Assembly (NCBI GenBank): GCA_002189035.1
Contig: NEEC01000012.1
Coordinates: 1,426,001 to 1,490,000, forward strand
Origin: Utricularia gibba
Taxonomy: Eukaryota > Plantae > Magnoliophyta
Direction of reading: 5' to 3'
Length of the DNA: 64,000 nt
Both the position numbers and the translations under genes were made by a program. Positions 39,881 to 52,612 of this stretch are shown piece after piece. The notes beneath the pieces were generated by a model. The model was not told where the DNA came from, made no database searches, and worked only from the letters and a program-made list of their open reading frames with translations. The stretch's first letter is position 1. Each line of letters begins with the position of its first letter.

Positions 39881-41602
39881 ATGGAGGAGTTGGAAGGTCG
39901 AATAGCAGCGTCTTCACTGAAATCTCTCTGGGACGATGTCCGGGAACTCAGTCTCGGCGCTCCGCCACGAATCGATCACCTTCACGTCCCGCCATCCCCA
40001 ATGGACTACCTCCGCCATTACGTTGCCGCCAACAAACCCTGCCTCATCTCCTCCGCGGTCTCCCATTGGCCGGCTCTCTCCCTCTGGCCTGCCTCCGAGT
40101 ACCTTCGCTCCACCCTCGCCACCACCTCCGTTTCCGTTCACTTAACCCCTTCCGGCCACGCAGACGCCCTCGCCGCCCACCCGGATTCCCCCTCCTCCCT
40201 ATGCTTCGCCGCCCCTCACGTCGAAACCCTCCCCTTTCCCGAGGCCCTTGATTTGGTTCTTGATTCGGAGAGAGGGAAGAAAGTGGCGTATTTGCAGCAA
40301 CAGAATGATTGCTTTCGCCGTGAGTATGGGCCGTTGGCGGCGGACTGCGAGGAGCATATTCCATGGGCGACGGAGGCGCTGGGCTGCTCGCCGGAGGCTG
40401 TGAACTTGTGGATCGGAACCCATTTGTCTGAGACTTCCTTTCATAAAGATCATTACGAGAATCTGTACGTTGTCATCTCCGGAGAAAAGCGGTTTCTTTT
40501 GCTTCCCCTACTGACATACATAGAATGTACATCCGCAACTACCCTGCTGCTAGGTATCTCTATCATCAGGTGCTTGCTTTTTGCAATTTCATATCATCCA
40601 CATTCGAAAGTTCACTGCTTCAGCTAGTAGCTACTGCTTTTACAAAGAAAAGGCCGAATTCAAAATCTATCTGGAACAAGACTATTTGCTTTGGTGCTTG
40701 TAGTTTTCTTTAAAAAAGGCGGTCAACTGCTGTTTAACTGTGATCCTTTGGCATATATGGTTGAAGATACTTGAAACATATCGAAGTGATCATGCTCTGA
40801 AAATGTAGTGGACCATTCAACTTCTGCATATTCTATGTGCTTTACGTTTGAAGTTTAGAAGCCCTAAGGTGTTGTTCTTCGATTAGTTAAGTTTTAATTT
40901 GGGTTCTGCTGTATGATCATGCTCTGAAAATGTAGTGGACCTTTCAACTTCTCCATATTTTATGTGCTTTAAGTTTGAGGTATTGAAGGACTGAGGTGTT
41001 GTGCTTTGATTAGTGAAGTTTTGATTTGAGTTTCATGCAGTTGGGCTCCCTGCAGGGTAGCGGGGAGTTCTCACTGGAACTAGAAAAGCCAACAGCGTAC
41101 GTTCCATGGTGCAGTGTGGATCCCTATCCTTCACCAGATGAGAAGCAGACACAAATGCAGAAGAATCTACCGCTGTTCTCAGACGGACCAGAGCCGTTTG
41201 AAGTCACCGTCAAAGCAGGGGATATGCTTTACCTGTGAGTTTTGTGTTCTTTTCCTTGGTTTTCAAATTTCAGCAAAGCTGTTCTTCCTTCACCATTTCC
41301 CTACTACCACGCAGACCCAGCATGTGGTTCCACCATGTTAGACAAAGCCAAGATGGAAGCCAACTTACCATCGCCGTGAACTACTGTAAGTAAACAGATG
41401 GAATCATCTCCGAGTTACCGGAATTTCGCCTGAATTTTGACGATCAAAGTTGCTTTCTTTCACAGGGTATGACATGCAATTCGATATCAAATACGCCTAC
41501 TTCAACTTCCTGCAATCCATCTCTTATCCCCTGTCTGAGAGGCATGACCTGAGAGATGTCTCCCTTTTGAACCATGGCTTGGACGACTCAGAGTCTGAGT
41601 GA
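39881..41602 (+). CDS. JMJ32: JmjC-domain protein, JMJD7/JMJ32-like, 4 exons, with a 1-bp frameshift at about 40505-40508 as sequenced
   Basis: YLQQQNDC, AVNLWIG, TSFHKDHYENLY, then (after a frame change) TDIHRMY, VPWCSVDPYP, VKAGDMLYLPSMWFHHV, IAVNYWYDMQFDIKYAYFNFL. Confidence 0.9.
40787..41040 (+). repeat. Tandem duplication of about 127 bp in JMJ32 intron 1
   Basis: Copies start at 40787 and 40914 (tgatcatgctctgaaaatgtagtggacc...) and stay similar throughout with scattered substitutions. Confidence 0.9.
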
Positions 41603-41909
41603 GTGCCTTTTCTGTGTACTGATACACTCCTCCAGTTCGAGATTACTGGACTGAGCCTTTGTAATGAATTGGGCTCGAGCCCAGAATAGTTGTTAAGGCA
41701 ACAAAGAAAGCTCAGAATATTTATGTGTGAGCCCAATAAGGAGCAGCGCAGTTGGAACAAAATGAGTTTTGAAGACACGCGAAGTCAAGGATCGATTCTG
41801 GTGTAGTCGAGAAGGAATTAGGGCTGTGACTCTCTGGATCCTGGTTCGTTCGGCTGTGAAGCCGGTTGTCATAGCTCATCTGCACTGCCGGCTGTTAAGT
41901 TCCGCAGTC

Positions 41910-43055
41910 ATGGTTCGATGGCGATGTCGACTTTCCCCAGTCCGAATCTCGTTGCTGCTTGCATCCGCACTTCTGATCTTGGTTTCCGCAAGCAGCTATT
42001 TGGCAGAAGCTGAAGTCATAACCTTAACATCCGAAACTTTTAGTGATAAGGTATTGTGTGCTAACTTTTCTGTTTGAGTTCTCGGGTCGGAGTTATTGTT
42101 TTGTTCCCGGTTTGCATTTTAAATGATTTGGAGCAGTTTTTGTTTTCTGTTGCTATTCGAGTGCTAAGATTTGAGATTGTGTGTTTTCTGGATGGGTGAT
42201 CGTTTTCTCTCTCGGTAATGTGCCTTCCACGTTGAAGTGCGTTTACTCAGTGGTAAAATGTTGCTGTGCTACAGTTTTTTTCTGTCCGCTTTCATCAGCT
42301 GGGCAAATACCCACCGTTCCGTTGAATTAACATGGAAATCATTTTCGTTGGATGTTACCTGTTCTGCAGCGCATACCTTCTATTTGAAGATGCTGAGTTC
42401 CATTCTTCCTCGTGCTTTTTAGGTGCAGGAAAAAGATACAGCTTGGTTCATCAAGTTTTGTGTACCTTGGTGCAAGCATTGGTACTTTTATATTCTTGAT
42501 CAACTCAAGATTAATGTGTCTGCGGCGGCATGTGCAATATTTTCAGCGCATCATTGTTGGGTGTTTTTTTTTTTTTTTTTCAGCAAGAACCTAGGCACAC
42601 TGTGGGAGGATTTGGGAAGGGAAACTGAAGGAGAGGATGAAATCGAGATCGGAGAAGTGGACTGCTCCACAAACAAACCTGTGTGTTCCAAAGTAGATAT
42701 CCATTCCTATCCCACCTTCAAGTTGTTCTATAACGGAGAAGAGGTCATCAAGTACCAAGGTAGTGTTTCCTGTTCTTTTCAGTCTATTAAGCGGCTTCTT
42801 TTTTATTTTGTGATTTCTCAAATTCTTTTCCTCTAATACGCATGCAAAACTACAGCCGAATCATGTCATTTTATAAGCTTATATAAAACACCTGAACAAG
42901 ATAGGTCCTTTATCACCGCATTACACTAACTTATGTGTGTTTGAACTACAGGGGCGAGAGATGTTGAATCACTGAAAAGATTTGTTATAGAAGAAACAGA
43001 CAAAGTTGCTGCTATGAACGCAGGAGAGCAGTTCGAGAACAATGCCGAGCTGTAG
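41910..43055 (+). CDS. PDIL5-1: Single-domain protein disulfide isomerase-like, PDIL5-1 type
   Basis: Signal peptide, EVITLTSETFSDK, WFIKFCVPWCKHCK (CXXC split by an intron), GEVDC, IHSYPTFKLFYNGEEV; ends NNAEL*. Confidence 0.92.
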
Positions 43056-43688
43056 CTGTTTCCCACTCCAAACGCGTTGTTCATGCATTTTGCGCGCAGG
43101 ACTGCTCCGCTCCTGATCCCATAGGTTCATTAACTATGTTTTTGTTTTTAAAAGATATCACCATAAATTAAAATTGACGTTGAAAATTCGGCCGAAAGAC
43201 GCTCCACCGACCATCACTGTTAATTAAGGAGATATTAAAGGTTTTTATAAAGATGATATCTTTGATAAAATTAAAAGCGGTTAAAAATTCAAAATAAAAG
43301 GCGAAAAGCAATAACCAGTTGTTGTGATGGGTTACGTGGGCCGGCGCGCAGGTAATTATAACCCGGACGTGGTTGAAGTTATCAACTGGGGTTAATTGGT
43401 GGCGACCGTCTCCGGCTGCTTTTTGGGGTCTACCATCGAACGCGTTTTGCTACCAATGTGTGTGGGTGTTGAGTGAGAGAGAGAAGGGGAAGGCGGCCTA
43501 AAGCCAAGGGTACTCGCTGCTTTTTAAGTCAAGTCTTCTTCACTATTTGAATACAGTTGACGATCGCGTCCATCAGGTTCACCGATCGTTGCTTGTTTCG
43601 GTTGCCAATTTCACGTTTGGCCTTTAAATCGCTAGTCAGGGTTTTGCACGACTAGCTTGCTACAGGCTGCTTTCTTTGCCTTTTGAGG

Positions 43689-46600
43689 ATGGATTTGGTG
43701 GCTAGTTGTAAGGTATGATGAGAGCTTTTAAAATTATCAATCATAATATCGTTGTTATGTTTGATCACAGTGTACCCATATTCACAAAGCTGGAGAATTG
43801 TAGCATTGACTGATTATCCATCCCTCCTTTCTTTAATCCTTGGCTAAGTAGCACGGGGCACCCCAGTTAAACAAAGTTTGTACGCTGCTATGTCATAATA
43901 ATGCAATTGAGTTTAGGTTCAGAAAGATGCATTTTTCCTACTCTAAGCAATATGATGTCAGTTGTGGCAGCCTAAAACATGGGACCTGTTTAACATTGTC
44001 AAAGCAAGTTTTTCGATCCCTGTTGCCTTGGATAGGGACAACAGTTCACTAGTTTTTAGGTTTGTACTTTGCTCGTCTATGGGCAGAATTTGTAGATGCC
44101 AGATAAACTGCCACCTGTAACTCATTTAGCATCAAGTTTCAGGATGGTGCCCCGCTCTTGCCATTTCTGATTGTTATATTTCCTGGGTTTCAGATGGCAT
44201 TTCAAGACAGATTTTCAGATGATTTTGTAGAATTGGGCGCTGTGCACTTTTGTAATATTTAGAATGCTTTTTCTTTGAAGTTTTCTGTTGTTCTCTTTTT
44301 TTTTTGTGGGGCGGGGGGGGGGGGGTGTCGTTAAAAAGGTTTACTGAATGGGTAGTAAAGGAAAAGGTTCACTACATGTGCTTTTTCTATGCATGCGTAT
44401 GCTCTTTCAATCAATAAGGCTATAATTAGTAGTAAAAAGGTAGTGAATGGGCTTTCCTAAATTCCGTTATGCATATTTGTTAAAAAGGTAGTGAATGGGG
44501 ATTCAGATTTTCTGTTGCTTTGGCACAAAGCTATGCACGAAGTACTTCCATCTATCGTCTGTTTATAACAAATGCCAAATGCTTATTTTCGCTGAAACTT
44601 CTACATTTTAAATTCCTGTGTTTTCTGTTCACGCCCTCATCTTTGTTGATTCCGTTATGTGGCAATGAACCATGGTATTTACCGTAGTTTTCCTTTCAAT
44701 GATTCTTTAACATGTTCTTGTGCAGGAGAAATTGACACACTTTCGAATTAAGGAGCTCAAAGATGTTCTTACTCATCTTGGGCTTTCAAAACAGGGAAAG
44801 AAGCAGGTATTGTGCTTGCGCAATGTATTTTAGGTATACTTACATCATCACTTTAGTAAGTTCAGTCTCTGGTAGCTATGGCATTGAAACTATGTCAATT
44901 TCAGAAGCCTTTCGTTTTATCATTTCAGAAACTGCTTCCCTTGATTATCCTGGAATTCATTCTGGGGAACCATGTTGTGGTCCCTGGATGATTTCGTGAG
45001 CTCTGCATCATTTTTCAATTGGATAATGTTTGAAAGGGTTTGTGCACGTCAATCGAACTATTATAATATCTACATGTCATTGACTTGATTGAAAACCCAG
45101 TGATAATTTTTGTTTCCAACTATGTCTCTGGGCTTTCCTAAATTTTTCTCTACTAGAGACCTTTTTTTTGAAGAAATCAATTGGGATAGCGGGCATAAAA
45201 CAAACATGCTTCTATACATGCATATTCTCTTTCAATCAATAAGACTATAATTAGTAGTAAATGAGTCGTGTTGTTTGTTTAATTTTTCACTCTATTAAAC
45301 TGGATCACAAAATCACGACGCTTGTATTCTGCACCTATACAGGATTTTTAAGCAGACTATCTCTGATTTCTTTCTTTGAAAAATTGGATTGGCGTTCTGC
45401 CTCATAGATTTTGCCTATGCTTTCTTGATGCAGGACCTTGTTGATCGTATACTGAATATCCTTTCTGTTGATCAAGGTAATTATGCTTGATCTTTAATTC
45501 GTTTAATTGATGTAAATTATGTATTTAGGTAATGATATTTCATGTATACGTCCGAAATATGTGATTAAGTTTGCATATTTATTCACGCATATGGGTCGGT
45601 CAAGCATATGGTTTACACATCCTATGCCTCATTAACTTTCTGGTCCTTCAGTTTTTCCATAGTTTTCTGATATTTCACTACAAGTTTCAGGAACGTGGAC
45701 CAAAAGAAATACAGTTGGAAAGGAGGAAGTGGCAAAGATGGTTGATGAAATTTTCAGGTGGAATTCCCATTAATGGGTCTTACATTGCTTCGTAGTTATT
45801 AGGGCACCTTGTTCCATATCATAATCATCCAATAAATCAAGGTGTCGTTCAATATTCTTTTTTGTGTGTCTGTGTTCAGCTGGATTTATGTGCCGCCTTG
45901 TTTTCGTTTTTAGGAAAATGCAGGGTGGAACATGTGATTTGGCTACAAAACCTCAAGTTGGCCCTGGATCTTTAATCACTAGAATCAAGGAGGAAATTGA
46001 GAAATCAGCTCCTACAGAGAAAATAAAATGTCTATGTGGAAGCACGCTGCAAAATGCGCCAATGATCAAGGCAGTTTGTTTTCTGACATGCAGCTTGCCA
46101 TGCTAGCGAATTTCATCTTCTTTCTTTTTTATGTAAAATGAAAATTTTGCTTCATATGTCTAGAGTATCTCTCTTGCTCTTTCAAATATCGAGCTTTGTG
46201 CAACTGTACAGACCAACAAGTTGTCATCAACATGCAGTGTGGAGACGGAGCATGTAATGTTTGGCAACATAAAGCGTGTGTGCTAATTCCTGAGAAGCCT
46301 ATGCAGGATGTCCTAGCTAATCAACCTGATTTTTACTGTGAACTTTGTAGGCTTGCTCGTTCTGATCCGTAAGTATGCATGTCACTCTCTTCTTTTATGG
46401 AAATTTATGTTTCTGTTTGGAATTTCTATGCAAAGATTTTTAAGTGCATCCAGTAACCTTAGGAACTAAGGTTTTTCTAATACATATAGCATTTATAGTC
46501 TGCTCACTTTTTAAAATTTTTTGTCTCAGCTTCTGGGAAACAGTTGCGAATCCTTTAATGCCTGTGAAGTTGAATATCACAAACATTCCCACCGATGGGT

Positions 46601-49600
46601 AAGGGAATAATTATAAACTGATTATGTGTTTTCTGCACTTGGCTGGGGATGTAACTTTCTAATGCATCCATCTTGATGTGATTCTGATGCCACCTAATTC
46701 CGTTTATTTTTCACAAATGTCTCTAACTGATTTTTACATTCATAATTTTGCCCCCATCCAGAACAAATACGAGACAAAGCATTGAGAAAAAATTTCAGTT
46801 ATCAATTTCAGAGAGAGAAATGCTGGAAAAACAAGGCTATGATATTCAGGTTGTTTTGACATTTATAACAATCGTTATTGGTGTTTCTATTTTTCATTTT
46901 TGATTTTTTGTCTGTGTTGTACGAATGAATAGGCCTGGTGTATGCTTCTTAATGACAAGGTGGCATTTAGGATGCACTGGCCACAGTATGCAGATCTACA
47001 GGTTAATGGTATTGGTCTCCCGAGGTGCTCAATTTTTATGATGATATCAAAGCCAGTTTTCTACAATTGGTACTTGTTCCTTATTTGTAAAAGAAATTGC
47101 TTTGCCAATTTAAACCACTGAGAGATCATGTTTATGATTCTTTTGTTTTCATGAAAGCCCAATGCGCATTAAGACATAGTGCTGCCACAGTATGAGTACT
47201 GCTGCCATTGCATGCGAATTTGTCACTTAAATCAAGGAATTCTTAATATTTCATTCAACAGGTGTGCCAGTGAGGGCAATTAGCAGGCCTGGATCGCAAT
47301 TGCTTGGTGCAAATGGTCGAGATGAAGGACATAGTGTGCGTTGTCTTGCAATCTGTTAACTTGCCATTGAGTTGGTATTTTTTGCATTATGCTTTTAGTT
47401 TTTTTTTATTTGTTAAAAAATTTAGCTTTTAGTATCGTGAATTTTACACGTGTTGTTTACTTATAGTCAAATTAACCGTGCAATCACCATCAAAAACAAT
47501 ATTTGCTCACAGCGATCTCTGTTTCCACTTGTGCTCCTCATTTTGCTTATTGTTTCTATCACCTTGTGTGTTTATTTTATGCTAATGTATATCTTGTTGT
47601 TGCTTTGCTATCTGTTGAGCTTTTGCTGCATCCTCTCTCTTCGTCAGATTATTCATTGCACAAGAGATGGAATCAACAAGATCTTCTTAGGAGGATCTGA
47701 TGCAAGGGTTTTCTGTCTAGGAGTTAGAATCGTCAAAAGGCGCACTCTGCATGAGGTAAATGTGTGGAGGCTTGTCGATTTTTATTTCCCACATGTTCCA
47801 AGGACGAGACCTCATTAGTCCGAAGTTTCATTAGATGCATAATGCCCATTGATACTACCATTTGTGCTCATGCCTTTTTGACGTTTGAGATTATTTTCTG
47901 GGGTTATACAATTGTTGTTAATTTCCGCATTTTCACATTTTTTTTTAATTAAGGCCTGTCCTGGAGTTTATAGACCAATCTAGAGTGGTACTGTTCACTG
48001 AAACACTGGAAATGCAGAGAACAGTTACCGTTTTTTTTTCTTTCTCATTGTTGTATTTCATTAATTATTTGCATATAATTGTTGGTCTATAGAAATTATG
48101 CTACATTCACCATTATTATTCCTAGGTTCTCAACATGATACCGAAGGAGGGTGAGGGTGAGCGTTTTGAGGATGCACTTCTTCGTGTGCGCAGATGTGTT
48201 GGTGGGACCACCACAGAAAATGCTGATAGTGACAGTGACATCGAAGTTGTGGCTGATTGCATCCCTGTGAATCTTCGGTGCCCTGTGAGTAGCTCTAGAG
48301 CTTCCCATTTGATTTTTACTAGCGATCTTAGTTCCTTTTTATTTCACTTGTATGAATCTATGTTTAAGTCTCCCGTAGCATTCTGTTCATATTCCAATTG
48401 AATTCTGTGCATCAATTTCATCTTAGGATGGCATTTTGAGCTTCTAATTCTGATTAACTGTTATTCTCTTTCTTGAAAGCCTGTCATGGGCGTACTTTAG
48501 CATAATCAGGACATTTTGATCCACTAGCTATGCTTGTTTTATACATTTCCTCGGGTCATGCTTGTAGAAAGGTCATTAATCTTTTCCATTTCGCTTTCTT
48601 CGGTGAATTAGACCTTCTGTTAGTTTCATGAAAGTGCTCTACCTGACCAGCTCCATGTTGTCAAACTAACTATCCAAAATCTCGCGCACATGTCAGCTAC
48701 TGCCTAGGCTAGTGTATTAATTATATACTTGAATTGGTCAATCTCTTAAATGTGTTAAATGAGTGAAAATGATTTTCTTTGCTCTGGTTTCAGATGAGTG
48801 GCTTGAGAATGAAAGTAGCTGGAAGATTCAAGGATTGTGCGCACATGGGCTGCTTTGATCTTGAGGTGTTTCTGGAAATGAACCAGCACTCCAGGAAGGT
48901 GGAAAACATGCAGCTTTCTCCTTGTATTTATGTGTCTTGTTTTCATTTTGTTGAATCCTACCATGTAGATCTGGGAAGGAGACAATGAACATTACATATC
49001 ATTTCCCTCATAAACTGGCTGTTGTGAATGCAGTGGCAATGCCCTATTTGTCTGAAGAACTACAGTTTAGAGAAGATTATAATAGATCCATACTTCAGTC
49101 GAATCACATCAAAGGTATTCTCTTGCTACTTTTTTTTTCACCTAATTCTGCATTTCTTAAAAATATTTTTCTGTTGTTCTTTTAAGATGAAAATTTGTGC
49201 TGAAGACGTGGCGGACATTGAGGTCAAACCTGATGGTTCATGGCGTGCCAAAACTGAGAATGGTGATCGTAGGAGTCTTGGAGAGATTGGCCTCTGGCAT
49301 TCTCCTGATGGTAGCATTGTTTCAACCATGGCTATAGATTCAAAGTCGCAATTGGAACATAAATATATCAACGAGGAAGTTGGTGCTGATGGCCATGCTG
49401 GCCTTCGTTTGGGAATTAAGGAATATCAGCATGGTTTATGGGAGTTAAACCAAATGGATGCTCTGCAGCGTATTTCAGACGCACTTGATGAGGATTTTGA
49501 ACATAATGATCGAAGTGTAATCCCCATGAGTAGCAGTGCCACTGGTAGCGGCAGAGAATGTGAGGATGGGAGTGTTAATCAGGGCACTGGGTCAAATCTT

Positions 49601-50688
49601 GATATTTCGATAATTAATGGTCCTGAGTATGGATCCTTTCCCATGAATATTGAATCTGTAGTACATGGATTTGGTGATAAAGCAATATCTGCGTCAGGCA
49701 AGGATGTTGAAGTAATTGTCCTTAGTGATTCAGAAGATGTGGATCCAATACTGCCCTCTGGAGCTGCATACAGGGATAATGTATCAAGTTTCCCATTCCC
49801 AGCTACTCAGCATGGAATTCTTGATCCATATTGTGAAGATCCTAACACGTGCAAACGTATTGATCTTTATGGTGCAACTGTTGAAGATTACGAAATCAGT
49901 ATGTGGTCATTGCCCTCTGGAGGTCAAGGGGGTCCAGGCTTCCAGCTGATTGGTCCAGATATAGATGCTGCAGGGACCTTACTGGATATGCAGGATGGGC
50001 CTGTTAATTGTGCTTCATCTATCAATAGCTTTACACTACCTGAAGAAATTCGGATGCGATCTGCTACAGTTATAACCGGCACTGCTAGCAATGTTAACTT
50101 GCATGATAGCTCAGTAGATTATCCGTTGGCTTCTTATCCTAGCAGCGATCCCTCACTACAGATATTTCTTCCAACAGCACCATCTGATGCAATGGCTTCA
50201 CATTCAGATTCAGGAAACCATCTGGATACCCCAATGGGTATTGGTAATGAAGATTGGATATCTCTCAGGCTTGGTGACGCTGCAATGAGTCAGTTTGGTA
50301 TGAGTGATTCGGGTTTAAGGCAACAAGATCCACCCACCTCTGCATCCGTAGACCCAATGGTTGATACTGGTATTTCCCTTCTGTATTTTTTTTTTTTTTT
50401 GTTTAGCGCTTTTGTTTTACAAGACTCTCGTCAGTTTCCCATTGCTTTTGAGTTGCTTGTTTAGAATTGAATGGTAGAAGTGATCCCTTCACTATTTGTA
50501 AGCAAACTTTGTCACATCATCCCGCATCTTTTCTTACTGTCTTTTCAGGATCATTGATGCCGGGCACTTGTGATGGTCGATCTGATAAAGCCAACAGACA
50601 AAGATCAGATAGCCCTGTGTCAATTCCTCGTCAACGGCGTTCCGTTAGACCGAGGTTATATCTCTCAATAGATTCAGACTCTGGGTAA
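43689..50688 (+). CDS. SIZ1: SUMO E3 ligase SIZ1 (SAP, PHD, PINIT-like, SP-RING, SXS)
   Basis: [122 protein letters not shown]; ends [13 protein letters not shown]. Confidence 0.96.
44386..45261 (+). repeat. 51-bp direct repeat with one copy in each of SIZ1 coding introns 1 and 2 (44386-44436, 45211-45261)
   Basis: tctatgcatgcgtatgctctttcaatcaataaggctataattagtagtaaa versus tctatacatgcatattctctttcaatcaataagactataattagtagtaaa: 4 mismatches. Confidence 0.85.
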
Positions 50689-51330
50689 TCATTGGAAACC
50701 CTTTTGTTTATTCATATTCCACTAAAAGCTCCTCAGGCCTGCTGCCAGATCCATCGTACGGAGGGCAGCTAGGTGAAAATTCCCCATCGCTGGAAGATAA
50801 TTCTACTGGTGAGAATCGTCAAACCTTCCTATACTCCTAGATGAACCAGGAGGGCATTCATGTTTTTTTTGTTTTTTTTTTTGTTACAAAACGATGCCAT
50901 GGCATGGTTTTGAAGATGTTTGATACTGGGAAATGGTATACGTTTGTTTAGTAGGCTTTGGGAGAGGATATGATGGGGAAATGGCCATAGTTGTTCCTCA
51001 TAGTCGCGATTGTAGCTAAGCCAGCCTGTTTTGTATATCTCAGTACCGTTTTTTTTTTGTTAACATTTAAAAGAAATATACATTCATCTACCAACTCTTG
51101 CCTTTGCAGCCGCCAAACTTAATTGGCGAAGGAACTCATTTGGTGATGGATTTGGGTTTATGAAAATGATCTCAGTTTTATGCATGTTGCATGATTTTTT
51201 TTTTTCTAGCAGAAATATGCACTGCACTTCAAAAGCCTTGCATTGCAGCTAAATACATGCACATATATCATGGAGTTTGCGCGTGACTTGTTCGCACTAG
51301 AAAGGGAAGGAAGGAGATGGATGCATTTTA

Positions 51331-51491
51331 CGTACAAGTTTCAGAAGCTTTCCTTGAACACTTGTCATACAGTAAACATAAAGTGCAGAGGTTGCTCCTG
51401 CTTGAACACTTGCCTGAAACAAAGGTATGCTTTGAGGAAAACAAGTAAAAATGAGGCATCCCGTACAAGTTTCAGAAGCTTTCTTTGAACA
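51331..51491 (-). repeat. 30-bp direct repeat (51331-51360, 51462-51491), one copy containing the stop codon of the adjacent gene
   Basis: cgtacaagtttcagaagctttc(c/t)ttgaaca, 29 of 30 identical, 131 bp apart. Confidence 0.85.
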
Positions 51492-52612
51492 ACTGGACTC
51501 CTTGTGTAGTCTCCGACTCTTTTGTGCAACAGCCATGACAAGAGGTGTTCAGGTTTCCATCATCATCTTCTGCAGTTCTTTTCTTTTCACCAGAATCATG
51601 TAATTGCTTCCCCACGTCTCCATTCATGCCGCCTTTCATTAGTCCATAGCTCTGCAAAAGGTTTTTCCATTCCTCCTCTTGGTTTAAATAGTCGTGCCGA
51701 GCCACATATTTCTTCAGCTCCACAAGCATGTTCCTCATAGGCTGGAAAGAAAAGGAACAATCAAGCATTAGGCTTTGAGGGGCCAACCATAAACATTGCA
51801 GTTGAAGATCTTTGAGATTTGGAGTTCAAGACCTTATGATACACTCTCTATTTTAGGAAACTTTTTTGTAGATCAAAAGAAGTACCTCAGCTTTGCAGTC
51901 GAGGGCCAACCCAAATAATGCATAGGAAACAAAATGCTTCCCAACTAATTCAGCTAATCTGATCTGCCCTAGCCAGTGAGAGGAAGTCTCAAGCTTGTCA
52001 AATCTGCATTTGCTGCATTTTTCTGCAGTACGATAAGGCGTTACAGCCCCAGATCTGGCCTTGACCGCTACTTTAGCAGGTGTTCTAAGCTCCACAGATT
52101 CCTCCAGCGATGAACATTTTCCAGCTCCCTGGGGCAACTTTTGTTGAAAACATACACTCCTGACCATTCTCTTCGTTGTGGTTTTCTCCTTCTTTGCCTC
52201 TAAAGCTGCAGTTCCATGTGGAGGCGGGCGGGTTTCCGTCTCCTTCGCTGTTTTTTTTGGCACCCTAAAGGTTGGTTTCTCCTTTGGTAACTTTTCCGGA
52301 GCTACTTTTATGGCTATATTCGGATGTTGGGTAGTACCGAAGACCCGTTTTCCACTGAACAAGGGAAACAAAATTGCACCGTAGTTCCAATCAGGTCTAA
52401 GGCATAATACACAGCACTGACCTGGGGGGAAAAATTCGGCTCTTGGGAGGGATTCTCGCGGCCGGGGGCTCGCGGGCTACCTTCGCATTCCCCAATCGAG
52501 ACTTTGCTGTAACAGTTGGCGAGTAGTAGTTATTCTTCAGATTTCCATTTAATCTTGAAAAAAGCCGTAAAAAAGAGGAAGAACCTGGGAATTGAGCAGA
52601 ATCGGATGCCAT
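51472..52612 (-). CDS. Uncharacterised plant protein, 3 exons, with a basic N-terminus and a helical CKAP2/BUB1-TPR-like motif
   Basis: MASDSAQ...IFPP|SGKRVF...TPYRTAEKCSKCRFDKLETSSHWLGQIRLAELVGKHFVSYALFGLALDCKAE|PMRNMLVELKKYV...KESF*. Two GT-AG introns keep the frame. Confidence 0.8.

Noticed and set aside
44306-44326. G-run in a SIZ1 intron (also the C-run at about 15784-15797)
   Set aside because: Simple homopolymers whose length is unreliable; no further support for a functional G-quadruplex.
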